Below are positions 42,101-47,235 of a stretch of 64,000 nucleotides of DNA, piece after piece (position 1 is the stretch's first letter; each line of letters starts with the position of its first letter). A model generated the notes under the pieces. The model saw nothing but the letters and a program-made list of their open reading frames with translations. It ran no database searches and was not told the origin of the DNA. The translations under genes and the position numbers were made by a program. Source of the DNA: Candidatus Thorarchaeota archaeon (lineage in GTDB: Archaea > Asgardarchaeota > Thorarchaeia > Thorarchaeales > Thorarchaeaceae). The DNA lies in NCBI GenBank assembly GCA_011364905.1, contig RDNZ01000008.1:4401-68400 (forward strand), in the 5' to 3' direction.

Positions 42101-44812
42101 GTGGTCAATTTTGATGTCCTTCTTATACTGGAAGTTGACTGCCTGTTCGCCAAGTGTCAGAAATAGCTGTGGATTTTTCTGATTGTTATATTGAGTTTTA
42201 ATCCATGCATCCGATCTTGCAGTATTTGAAATCCGAACCTCATCAACTATTGCATCGAGATATGACGTTCCACCTGGGTTATCGGACCTGCGGCCAATTC
42301 TAACCGGTCGAGCTGGGTCGTTCGTAGATGCTGGGATCCCGGTTGTCACCTCATCAACTAGCTCACCATTCAGGTAGAACCTGGCAAAGACTGAAGGGTA
42401 GAAGACTCCAACAACGTGGTACCATTGACCAGCATCGACCCGTTCATAACCAACAGTGTTGGTATTTACACCATCTGGGCTATACCGAAACATGACCCAC
42501 CCTGAAGGACTAATGGAAGAATCATCATCAAAACTGATGTCCCATCCTCGATAACCTGATTCGCCGGACTTGACTACAAGATAGTCATTATCTATGAAAT
42601 TCGCCTTGAACCAAGCTTCAACGGTGAATGCTCCAGTCATCTGCAATTCTGTTGGATCTCCAAAGTCTATGTAGTCATTCACGCCCTCCAGATCGATGGC
42701 ATCTCCAAAATACCCGCCGACGCTATCAGTAGAAGTCATTGTTCCATACGTCGTCCCGTCAAGATTGTGGGATGTGCTATCCACAATCTGAGGTTGATGC
42801 GGTAGATAGTCGGCTTGAGAAGAGTCCCACTGTGGTTGCGAAGGGTTGTCATTCAGATGCCAGACAGCAGAATAGCCCGAATCCCATACAGCCTCCGGAT
42901 TCTCTTGGCTTCCAAGATTCTCATCACCATAAACCATGACAATTGTTGTGTCTTCTACTGACGACAGATGAGGAGCTTTTACCCAACAAACCAGATGTGC
43001 ATTCGTTCCATCTCCCTGCTTGTCAAACAAATCCAAATCGTATGGAATAACTTGACCATTATACAGAAATGCGATATCGTCACCATCTGGTTGCGCATTA
43101 AGGTGAAGGTCCTGGTCCCATATATCTACAAGGACCGGGAAGTCTTGAAGATCCGAAACAACTTTGGTGTGGTCGATGACGATGTTCTTGCTAAAGCTGA
43201 AGCTGGGGATTGTATCAGATGCTTCTGAATCAGTGAAATCTACGAAAAGCCTGGCGAGGTCTGCTTGCGCAAATCCTGATGAGCCCTTTATTTGGTTGTA
43301 CGCATATTGCTGGTTCGAATATGCATAATCAATCATTATACAGATGTAATTGCCCCTCTGCCAACCCGGTCGTGAAACAACCTCCTGGATAAGGGATGAT
43401 ATATCCGGAGTGTCATACCTCCCATTTGCTGTCCACGTTGTAGGATGCCAATATACGCTCGTGTTCACCCAATCATACCTGTCTGGAAGAAGGGGGTACC
43501 CACTGGTGAAGGCAGCAACATTGTCTTCATCAGCTACGTAGACACGCATTCCTGGAAAACCAGTTGAGTCACTTACTGCTTCCACTCGCAGGTTCGCTGA
43601 AGTAATTGATGCTCCTTGAGGTACATACAGTGGAAACTGAAATCCAACTTGATACGCAAAGGCATCACTCCAATCGCTTCCAAAAGTCGTGGGAACATCA
43701 GCACCAACATCCAACCACCCATTATTACCGTAGCCGTCGAGATCGACTCCCCCAGACCCCCCATTTGAATCAGGGGCACTATAGCAGTCTCTGTTAATGC
43801 CATCTGGAACATATGGATTCACACTCCCTTGTGTTGAACCAGTCACGCGAGCACCATTAGCAAGAAGATCAATCTGCTCAGGAAACGGACGTACAGAGAG
43901 TCTTAGCTCTATCTCATCGATGAACACCTCATGATCTGCAGTACTGGGATTGCCATTGATATCTGTCCCAAGTCCTATATTGAAAAGTAATGCAGTCGTT
44001 ACTGGCAACGACTCAAAGTATGATGAAGGAACCGTGGCACTAGCCTGAAGCCATGTGTCCATAGGTGTACCAAGCCCAAACACGTGGTACTTTGAAACAT
44101 AGCCCTCAAGACTAGTTGTGATGAATACCTCATCATTCAGAGTAGAGGTGCTTGAAACATAATATTGAAAGCTAATTTCTGCTGAGTAGACATTCCTCCA
44201 AGGAATGGGGACCTGTTGACTCATATAGAATCCGTTGGTGGGATTGACGGTTGCCCCGCTATCTAGATTACCATCGAATCTCCAACCTGAACTCGCATCA
44301 TACCCAGCACCAGCTACGCGATTGATTTCAAAATAGCCATGCTGAGGGTGCTGGGTCCCACTGGGAACTGCGTCATTCTTCACAAATGTCCAAGCATCCG
44401 GGATAAAGAAGGGGTCGTAGTTATACTCCGGATGGTCTGTAAGAAACCAATGTTCCTCATGGTATGTATCGAGTTTTGAATTGACAAGCACATCATCGAC
44501 CCACATCGAGAGATGGTCAAGATCTGCTTCTAATCCCTCGGAACTCCAACCTAAAGGCGGATCAATGCCAACAAACGCTGTGTGCGAATAGTCAATTACA
44601 GAAGTTCCGCTTGCAACACTCAGCCCGTTGATGGTTCCAGGCAAGGGATTTCCATTCCCTGAGTTGGTGTCCTGCCAATCACTAGGGACAAAATAATCTC
44701 CTCCAGCTATGGGATTTTTATTAAATGAAAACCCATCATTGGTTATTGGACCACTTGCGAATGGGACCAAGAAGATTATAACAAATGCAAGAGCAATCCC
44801 TGCCTTTTTCAT
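27143..44812 (-). CDS. Giant type-I membrane surface protein (5889 aa) with multiple DUF2341-like/LamG-like modules
   Basis: Uninterrupted 17,670-nt ORF. Signal peptide MKKAGIALAFVIIFLVPFASG. ~540-aa head domain homologous to the smaller giant. Six canonical modules (FPVLVDI/FPVLIDI/FPLLIDI/FPMLIDI + DGDDI + VWHL + W..T.(Y/F)NNQ.NP) plus one divergent module. Long repeat array. TM AILFGVPIGAILLLGAVLWT (27860..27919). 238-aa cytoplasmic tail (27146..27859). Confidence 0.85.
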   Translation of the reverse strand: MKKAGIALAFVIIFLVPFASGPITNDGFSFNKNPIAGGDYFVPSDWQDTNSGNGNPLPGTINGLSVASGTSVIDYSHTAFVGIDPPLGWSSEGLEADLDHLSMWVDDVLVNSKLDTYHEEHWFLTDHPEYNYDPFFIPDAWTFVKNDAVPSGTQHPQHGYFEINRVAGAGYDASSGWRFDGNLDSGATVNPTNGFYMSQQVPIPWRNVYSAEISFQYYVSSTSTLNDEVFITTSLEGYVSKYHVFGLGTPMDTWLQASATVPSSYFESLPVTTALLFNIGLGTDINGNPSTADHEVFIDEIELRLSVRPFPEQIDLLANGARVTGSTQGSVNPYVPDGINRDCYSAPDSNGGSGGVDLDGYGNNGWLDVGADVPTTFGSDWSDAFAYQVGFQFPLYVPQGASITSANLRVEAVSDSTGFPGMRVYVADEDNVAAFTSGYPLLPDRYDWVNTSVYWHPTTWTANGRYDTPDISSLIQEVVSRPGWQRGNYICIMIDYAYSNQQYAYNQIKGSSGFAQADLARLFVDFTDSEASDTIPSFSFSKNIVIDHTKVVSDLQDFPVLVDIWDQDLHLNAQPDGDDIAFLYNGQVIPYDLDLFDKQGDGTNAHLVCWVKAPHLSSVEDTTIVMVYGDENLGSQENPEAVWDSGYSAVWHLNDNPSQPQWDSSQADYLPHQPQIVDSTSHNLDGTTYGTMTSTDSVGGYFGDAIDLEGVNDYIDFGDPTELQMTGAFTVEAWFKANFIDNDYLVVKSGESGYRGWDISFDDDSSISPSGWVMFRYSPDGVNTNTVGYERVDAGQWYHVVGVFYPSVFARFYLNGELVDEVTTGIPASTNDPARPVRIGRRSDNPGGTSYLDAIVDEVRISNTARSDAWIKTQYNNQKNPQLFLTLGEQAVNFQYKKDIKIDHNKVAADLTGFPVLIDIYDSDLHSKVQPDGDDIMFTSNGRSLPHELELFDQQYNSTHAHLVAWVRADISSVSDTIISMYYANSAMGAKESPEEVWRNQYQGVWHLGESPSVGKPAPQIIDSTYNNNDGTTYGTMLEEDKVPGLIGNAIDFDGSNDYIDCGDTASLAVGYNDFVMSLWFATSDLDAPLANKGAIGTDAYRYMLSVTSSGTIKAEIDDNSASPGKISIYSASALNDGLWHYAAMVREGNLLHLYIDGSEVPTSPVDITGYGSINSIEPFLIAACDNYDNAGAPNLFLSAKIDEVHVLSSTTTSEWILTEFNNQNNPSSFYSIGIEQEVTVPQEVPLGFMYKKDIVIDHTKVTADLYGFPVLIDLFDSDLRFDVQSDGDDIVFVKDGWILPHEIELFEQSYNSTHGHLLAWVRTDLSASSDTVLSMYYGNPNSNSLENPHGVWDTSFAAVWHLSEDPADTVYDSTSNSNDAVGLPIGTEPTLQTGKFDGCSEFYGEGTNERIEAPHSTSLVLSSDMLVEAWVHTNNTDPTSDVIVAKWGAVGHRNYWLGKLDSSTFAFYVDNTQSVTAPISLVNDGKWHHVVGVANAGTSELLLYVDGVERNSAPYSGTTQTGTSVLQIGNNPGSTGFIQEWDGRIDEVRVSSSYRSPDWITTEFNNQNDPESFYTVKEETMLGETYEFSRQITVTTGSEPVTAGYSTSVTFDHAALVASGKSQADGDDMRIMYWNGFSLIELDRVLDSDSSWDSAATKVWFRIQSDIPSSTADDNYYLYYGDPSVSSPPDNHANVFQFYDGFESGDLNSWDGSYTDIGDSLSVTTEQANTGTYSAKGVVDNQAAAQAMIWKDFSDKTSLFARVHFYLPATFSTTDHVTIMQFVDTSPVWVNQLSLTIYSDMSLYLWNAIASEAYGYGTTSPISKGSWHMLEIQAKFSTTDGEARLWVDGNLEVEETGINLGSEGVNRFCTVFYWASPQTEPNTVYADDVFLRPYVSPEPTTSLGIEINQATQYNYEKDIAIDHTKVGTDLNDFPLLIDIFDADLRTKAQSDGDDIIFKSGEIILPHEIESFEQSYNDTHAHLVAWVKTDLSSSVDTVITMYYGNSVVGNQENVAGVWDSNYRGVWHLSENPTGPLYDSTSNSNDGTGYNLQSDDQVEGQIDGSIDFDNTQDYINCGNDTSLNVGSNDFSFSLWFNYDGVNMGTLAGKGAVLMAKRYRISIESGPGMLMAAIDDNTVAKNIYSTSTYGDNLWHLVSMIRDGNYLRLYIDGAEDPNSPIDITGYGSLDEVESFYINAFRSEIGGTLGYWSTANTDEVRVANTALSPEWIATEYSNQYSPSSFYTIGPEKTSQAEHQPNVNTAEFKYRKNLIVDHAMVAEDLTDFPMLIDIFDTDLRTDVQADGDDIMFKNGYTWCPHEIVYFDQTYNGTHAHLIAWVKTDLSSSIDTTITMYYGNPDLTNQENPSAVWGSYVGVWHLDQSPAGTVLDSTHYNNDGATLGSMSGSDLVQGQIGSGFELDGIDDMINVSESSSLDSIKSGGTLSIWINWVNSSDGGYQRIMTTSDRFILNPSPPPTLIQDDGFEWAVQPDGDNFFYPWGGNDIDYNLVTNPFTNNVWHHLVVTLDYSTKTVEIYLDGTQLILAIENVPTQWTQLASLGDWLWGGNQLDSASRFLGRFDEIQVSPAIRSSGWILTEYNNQYNPSSFYSIESEEQVSGNGYIFTTSSESSITVGTELSLGVQTSILSYADDFTQGTSFSIVNGSLPIWTANVMISPPPELEAVSFEISYPEGEWWPFSVASPSGVERTFAADWTCFDGKLIVGSTAIDEYGMWKIKFLDRNHVLDMQIGPSGGPYSTTGQFAVGENIQFHVWSSGTIGSTISLELTDPTGSTWYAGSTTFQGAGFTLPYYHRKYLAISHDNVMENLVNFPVLVDIYDTDLRTDVRADGRDIAFTIGEKTLSHEIELFDQTYNLTHAHLVAWVNVPVLSGSTDTVISMYYGNPLAPIVYDSGPVWDSGYLGVWHLSESGTGLLGEYRDSSQYKNDGQGGDGDSLFVPTQTVGKIGAGQEFNNLDGYYDFIDCGDSPLWDIDGYQITLEAWIQHDITPNTHVYGIMNHKGWYDGYALYINYGGGSTIKPTFSLPGDTHQLVGANDVTGGSWHQIVATYDGSLMRIYVDGVQDPNVLTKTNAIEPSSFEKDFWIGQGDQPQNKTWSAEWDGQIDEVRVSDVTRSAGWIQTQFSNQYNPSNFYSIGLEENIGYSESASINLDTSAPAGVWHATTRYSDSNSDVNLRTGIFDRTFIVKRGTSLSLTAPGDAILDGISTKLIGEQLYVEFDLQDTLTSTMVSGATVSMNWSVSGTPTDVQLNDYGDGRYGKTLNTSDLGGYGRWRLDVQASHSFYSDATDFLYLDLSHRTFMTYEPPNDTPYGDNFEIRLTLRDKFDSTPLTGATLSCNATILGIPTDYGNGTYLVTVDSTGFSSGEHTFRFIATPSTTYLLSSSIDVQFNYRPIATETIPLSPDAVEAPWGQQVNTSIYWFDIDHAGIGVDSSTISISPIVPIQVDETSIGNYLITIDVSSFMPGTYYFDLTCSKQNYQSSTTTISILILPHRTTPSVNYNSTIPVGTDVYFDVLWMDLDLDSVPVSPSNLTQVSLDWGTGSDSHSVLGFWVDTSGWAAGSYSINATISATASPRFYMDSYIIIHLEIRKLGVYVSWEPLEPFPNGNDFVMFVHVNVSEPDSPIDGTAIAGLDQTYFSARNETGGLYTFESFLNLGDGRYQITIDNTRFLEGQYEIIVFVDFQPTENYTDSSTTQVSFTYRPILTYLSSSNYPSVTTSFDTNVTITLSYVDIDHVQNITTGIMTSEGALIEWQHIGSGTYEVLIIVQGWDLGAHEVNITADASGYQAKTLTFQILVQIAYAYARSSVSIIDLPLGDTAVFYADYWDITHNEAIIGATLNHNWTYPLSISWTGDQYRIELPSIDTDSLGTYLVVLNFSKGPNYQFGYINISIILRTHLTEFRLASATEPTSYNAMVNISVYCGDLDNDLGIIDAPVNLSVYGDSGWISSTFKNDTTLGNGYYIISFAATNLGTSGIYDITVYFNWTGPVPKFYDNSVVSSVRIVGEASDLELIVSAEPTPYLENLSYTYFYSELYSGNGISNVSAPAGNVFIYVEFVSQSFSPSLFSIKEDSGNLGHYTIEFNSTIFAEPGVYTMVVHVNWTETQEPFYGNWTDTVSVRVIPRSTLINLVPPESTPYGVNATFSFSFDDIAGSGSYSIANSSQMRVTIGLADYSLTYNTSARQFHVSFNTSILGAPLGTRQFTIGVSWIGAPFYANLTGRNVIISVRYRETEFDYSTISPTAYGDNVTLHLTFNDITPGQSQTIDDGFITLYNGSGAIPVTEYSFMPLGNGEYDVELKTTYFTKPGTYTITVAMSTSHFYYDIVTASRTLSLRYRLTVLLIEPVEETAYNNSLQVVFHYSDVLTLSEIGNSSTPTTVWILNGSSWFFVSVWRGAPEDYLLTIDTHNQNLEINKEYVLWIQVSYPDSSPFYLSAEAFVSFTLQERATILEVTESPEPTQYLDSVDFAVYYQDSSSSAGIAGATITLAVGGTNLVEGIDYSLLSPFDGSYYISINTTVLGPAGSSVNLELGASWIDNEPYYSTSTLSLTLTVTERNSITEIVSSTTQVKFLENVTFTIRYSDETSGKAIQFSKDQLLIYNEGTLLSSNDFAMVYLGSGYEISINSSVLAAGLIDNQNITFYIDWHNTVAPYYADGRASSWVTVANRIGIVIRGATPTVPIYDNMTLNFTYVDDSNGAGINDAIVVFDCLSPSGLAEGTDFWIYRNSGDYSIFVDTTSLGSIGTFTFSLRLLWNPTVAPYYRNTTTIFLQGSVRLIQLQLTNEEPVPSTVPINDNVSVILNLQDLDHFVPISGAESLFSVEYKTNASGPYIWSITPISPGIYNLTVDCYDAGTTVTNALIITLALPDYQTVQVQVPFQIRLRQGELNELVSQKPYYSETTFVIVELVDTDANNTPISDATLSITWPDIGYTPYYTNLGNGQYNITLTTSSLDAGLYTLMVGALRSDYFISDISVPVEIQRIPTGLILPQTIPDVYWGDDISFWAIFNDTKAGTVISGATLTYQFGTLSGSLTEIVSDQGNYTVTVDTGNLVLASTYVISITATFNNYVTNTSQVIVNVLKLPTTVSIISSAQQEVFKGTPVNVTVYVNNTYRNIPLLGATVTVRWVLQGPQSISLSPIPAKDGYYTCFIDTNDFLVGQYSITIEASGTNYLRSVAPASIKVKQIATVLQLDALTSSYSGQSFNWSDTIRIGVYVLAPSLNESDPFSTGLANCTVLWSLSGTTFTGEFLNGTSMEGPGYFYFDFETWNYDVSTYTLRITAYPNIGMFAYSSNLTTLIIKPIETSVESTYLSPKIWGWTGWVDITYWDLLFDRGIAGATVLVEWDGGESTSTYVANGTYQVFINASLVSPGIYPVSVRFLMDNYKSGTGVFTLNVKEVPTDIAAFAPTINQIDHDVLNLQIPYGDTISLTLFYNDTWYNRGIMGATETKCVILGSSVPDGDNLLIEEITNGNYSLLIDTTRWTVSSDPYRLILNFHLTNWSRATLDIHLTIIDVPTALYIDPSSVTMNYGQVFSIWVLYYDTWEGHMNASIVGASINATSLDTRFVDVSLNQSDPSRPGWYEIRVRSNRAEGTALVSIILSKDNYVSISALVTVSVEPSEFDLLVEQAILFGVPIGAILLLGAVLWTRLFSVPKQLRAIRKMVRTIAKGKIPKPPDGVLSRQEIVANLFNDIAEPIGITKIASSMPSEPIASDVPEIEELLIQLSILSKLSPEELEDFKLDVSKMKLSEQVSFVKEVINQEAIKQARLERKPMEVILEETAAKARAVLAGEEIEVVVESKPLEERIIPPEVEEPEEAIPEPVEFEEVESAEMLDEDELKQIRKKLESVGIKGSELETIMDQARELPRSLAEELLRSILGKGGEEE
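27930..35230 (-). repeat. Array of ~100-aa beta-sandwich-like (Ig-like) repeats, extracellular stalk of the 5889-aa protein
   Basis: Periodic strand motif of aromatic/aliphatic residues followed by D/T-rich turn and I.GA (e.g. IYWFDIDHAGIGVDSS, VTITLSYVDIDHVQNITTG, AVFYADYWDITHNEAIIGATL, VNISVYCGDLDNDLGIIDA). Collinear with the array in the smaller giant. Confidence 0.6.
35362..43198 (-). repeat. Array of ~350-aa DUF2341-like + LamG/ConA-like modules inside the 5889-aa gene (protein-level tandem repeats)
   Basis: Module starts read on the reverse strand near 43198, 42115, 41050, 40000 (divergent, lacks the FPVL motif), 39060, 38005 and 36385. DNA identity between modules is only moderate, so the duplications are old. 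A ~200-aa non-module segment sits between modules 6 and 7. Confidence 0.7.
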
Positions 44813-44967
44813 ACTACCTGCTCCTAATTACTACCACTGCGATAGAACAGCATATTATCAAAATATCAAGAAATAAGATAATCTAGTATAGTTGAATACC
44901 GCTTTTTGGAAAAGAAGGCAAAAAATTGAACAACCGTGAATCTAAATGAAGACCCTTTTTGAATACT

Positions 44968-45600
44968 TCACTCCAGGACAAACTCAATCCTGTTTCTTTC
45001 AATCAACTCATTAAGAGCGGGAGGATTCAAAGGCTGAATGTCTTTTTTAATTTTTGATACTAATCTTGTTGTTTCCGGCACTAGCAACTCGCGCAGCGAT
45101 GCACATAAGAAGAGAGGGGTAATATCAAGACGTTTCAGTGGGTTTTCCAAAAGATTGAACCTTTCGAGTTTCCAACATTTGGAGATGGGAGATACATCCA
45201 GATTCACTAACCGATTCTTCTCCAGACTGAGCGTTACCAGATTCTTGCATTCAGAAATTGCAGAAAGATTGACTCTTAGAATTTGATTATGGCTCATATC
45301 AAGTTGCTCTAGATGGGTACAATAACGTAGCGAATCCAAGTTTACTATCTGTAGATTATTGTCGCTTACATTCAATTGCCGAAAGTTTGCGCAGAAAGCC
45401 AAGACAGTCAGGTCAACTGTCATTAAATGATTACCACAGAGATTCAGGTCTTCAAGATCATCAAGCTGGTCGAGTTCTGTCAGGTCGATAGCAACAATTG
45501 AGTTCTTTGAGAGATCGACTATTTTTGAGCTAGAGGAGATTTGGATTTCTTTATTGGTGCCATCTGATAGGGTGACATTAACTTCTATCACTTTCGCCAC
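44968..45600 (-). CDS. Leucine-rich repeat (LRR) protein, cytosolic
   Basis: About eight 22-23-aa repeats of L..L.L..N.L..(V/L)(D/N)L (LEDLNLCGNHLMTVDL, FRQLNVSDNNLQIVNL, LEQLDMSHNQILRVNL, LVTLSLEKNRLVNLDV, LERFNLLENPLKRLDI). No signal peptide or TM helix. GTG start. Same strand as, and 155 nt upstream of, the giant gene. Confidence 0.8.
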   Translation of the reverse strand: MAKVIEVNVTLSDGTNKEIQISSSSKIVDLSKNSIVAIDLTELDQLDDLEDLNLCGNHLMTVDLTVLAFCANFRQLNVSDNNLQIVNLDSLRYCTHLEQLDMSHNQILRVNLSAISECKNLVTLSLEKNRLVNLDVSPISKCWKLERFNLLENPLKRLDITPLFLCASLRELLVPETTRLVSKIKKDIQPLNPPALNELIERNRIEFVLE

Positions 45601-45772
45601 TCTTTGTGAAACTGGATTAGTTCACTTCGTCTTGTTAATTCTCACATTTCAATATATGGCGACTCACCTTAACTACGAATAAACTGGCACAGACTCACGA
45701 TATTCCATTCTTACTTGAGTATTTTGACATCAAAGCTTCTGTGTTCCTTGTCTTCAATGGTTTAAGAAAGAT

Positions 45773-45780
45773 TTTAATAT
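45773..45780 (+). promoter_or_regulatory. Putative TATA box (TTTAATAT) for GTPase-like paralog 1
   Basis: The TTTAATAT core is shared with the paralog's upstream region, ~70 nt before the ATG. The downstream leader motif TTGAGGAAGGCGTGGTTG (45823..45840) is also conserved. Confidence 0.3.
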
Positions 45781-45848
45781 ATAAGAATAGTAATTAATTA
45801 CACCTCATAGTGTTGATTATTATTGAGGAAGGCGTGGTTGTCGTAAAG

Positions 45849-47090
45849 ATGCAGATTCCGGGTACAAACATTGACGTAAGTCTCAAGGTCAATCGCATAT
45901 ACGTTGCAGACCCGGCTGTAAATCGAAGACTAAAATTCGCCGGTAGGTCCTTCAAAGAAATCATGGAGGAAGTACAACGATTTACCTACTTGCGAGGATT
46001 CAACGTTCCTCTCCCAATTCTAAAGTTTATTTTGAAGAGGATAGGCCTTCCTGAAGTCGATATAATTCCTGGAGAAGATGAGCTAACAAAGGAGGATCTG
46101 CTCGAACTCTCAAGAGCGTTGAATGTTCTCGATTCACTAAAGGATGAATTTCTCTCGCCAACTGGCAAAAGTGGCATTCCCGACGATATTCAAAGCACTC
46201 TAATACGTTCCTCTCCAGAGCTTGAAGACTTGAAGATGGATGTTCCAGCTCCTCAAGAAACAAGTATTTGGGATATTCCTGCAAGCGAGGAGGTCAAAGG
46301 GTTGGTCTTTTCTTTCCATGGTGAGAATATCCCAAGCACCTCCACGCCAAGAACACAATCAGCGGATGAAAACAAATCTGTGAAATTCATATGGGATGAT
46401 CCAGAGGTAGTTGCATCATTGGAAGATGTATCTCAAGATGAGAAATCAATGCCTGAGGGCGTACCCGAAATTCTCGACCTGAAAGTCCTGTTTCTTGGCG
46501 AAGAAGGAGTCGGTGTGAACAGCATTATCTTTGAGTCAAATCTGAAGCTTGGAAACGACTATTCTTCTCTTGATTTACCCCCAACTAGACCATTCACATT
46601 CAGCAACATAATTGAGCGAAACGATGCAAATGTTAGAGTTGATGCTTGGACATTTCAGAAGAGTACTGAGGCAAAAGTTCCAAAGACGGAGTTTTACACT
46701 GGATCTGGAATTGTTGTGCTGGTTTATTCGGTGGCAGAGCGATGGAGCTTCGACAGCCTTGACTTCTGGATTCGAGAAGTTTCTAACGCCTTCCTTATAC
46801 CACCACCGATAATAGTCGTCGGAAATAAAACCGATCTCCGTGATCATCCAGTCTATGATGATGATGATGAGGTTGAAGTCCCAGTTTCAACAGAAGAAGC
46901 CCGTGAGTATTGCGAAAAAGTCGCAAAGACGCTTGGGGAAAATGGACAGTCTCATCCGCTGTTCTTCATTGAAACCTCAACAATAACGGGACAAGGAATC
47001 ACCGAGCTATTGAATAAAATCATCGACTTTTGGCAAAGCAATGAGCGCCCAAGCATGCCAGCAACCGAGCAACACGCACCAACACTCTAA
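45849..47090 (+). CDS. Ras-superfamily small-GTPase-like protein with degenerate P-loop and switch II, plus ~215-aa N-terminal extension (paralog 1)
   Basis: C-terminal domain: G1-like FLGEEGVGVNS (Lys replaced by Val, Ser/Thr by Asn), G3-like DAWTFQ (DxxG Gly replaced by Thr), intact G4 VGNKTD, G5-like ETSTITGQG. Start set at the ATG at 45849 (MQIPGTN) by alignment with the paralog; the 13 upstream codons of the ORF track have no counterpart. Confidence 0.75.
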   Translation: MQIPGTNIDVSLKVNRIYVADPAVNRRLKFAGRSFKEIMEEVQRFTYLRGFNVPLPILKFILKRIGLPEVDIIPGEDELTKEDLLELSRALNVLDSLKDEFLSPTGKSGIPDDIQSTLIRSSPELEDLKMDVPAPQETSIWDIPASEEVKGLVFSFHGENIPSTSTPRTQSADENKSVKFIWDDPEVVASLEDVSQDEKSMPEGVPEILDLKVLFLGEEGVGVNSIIFESNLKLGNDYSSLDLPPTRPFTFSNIIERNDANVRVDAWTFQKSTEAKVPKTEFYTGSGIVVLVYSVAERWSFDSLDFWIREVSNAFLIPPPIIVVGNKTDLRDHPVYDDDDEVEVPVSTEEAREYCEKVAKTLGENGQSHPLFFIETSTITGQGITELLNKIIDFWQSNERPSMPATEQHAPTL

Positions 47091-47176
47091 AGCTGGTTTC
47101 TTCAGGCATTGAATAGATAATCGAAGACTACATTTAATTCTCTCAACAAACAACCCCGCAAGATATCAGAAAAGTA

Positions 47177-47184
47177 TTTAATAT
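47177..47184 (+). promoter_or_regulatory. Putative TATA box (TTTAATAT) for GTPase-like paralog 2
   Basis: Identical 8-mer ~55 nt before the ATG. Conserved leader TTGAGAAAGATGTGGTTG (47211..47228) ends 7 nt before the ATG. Confidence 0.3.
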
Positions 47185-47235
47185 GTTCAAATATTACATA
47201 ATAATTACTCTTGAGAAAGATGTGGTTGCTTAGAT

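Noticed and set aside
15139-44812. Dozens of 60-190-aa ORFs on the plus strand and in alternative minus frames inside the two giant genes (e.g. 15139..15435, 15472..15792, 27171..27635, 27636..27989, 33263..33604).
   Set aside because: All are fully nested in the long uninterrupted ORFs. Their translations are low-complexity (Ser/Leu-rich mirror images of the E/K-rich tails) or lack any motif. They are shadow ORFs.
15201-44812. Giant ORFs as an assembly artefact or decaying pseudogenes.
   Set aside because: Both frames are completely open over 12-18 kb in a genome where random frames close every few hundred nt. Repeats are diverged at the DNA level, so collapse or misassembly is less likely. 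Domain order is conserved between the two copies. Read-level validation is still advisable.
45810-45848. 13 extra N-terminal codons (MLIIIEEGVVVVK) on the first GTPase-like gene.
   Set aside because: The paralog starts exactly at the equivalent MQIP residues, and the extra codons cover the conserved non-coding leader motif.
45849-46070. Ubiquitin-like look of the GTPase-like N-terminus (MQI... and RLKFAGRSF versus ubiquitin MQIF... and RLIFAGKQL).
   Set aside because: The spacing between the two elements is ~13 residues shorter than in ubiquitin, leaving no room for the central helix. There is no C-terminal GG, so this is probably coincidental. It would need structure prediction to revisit.
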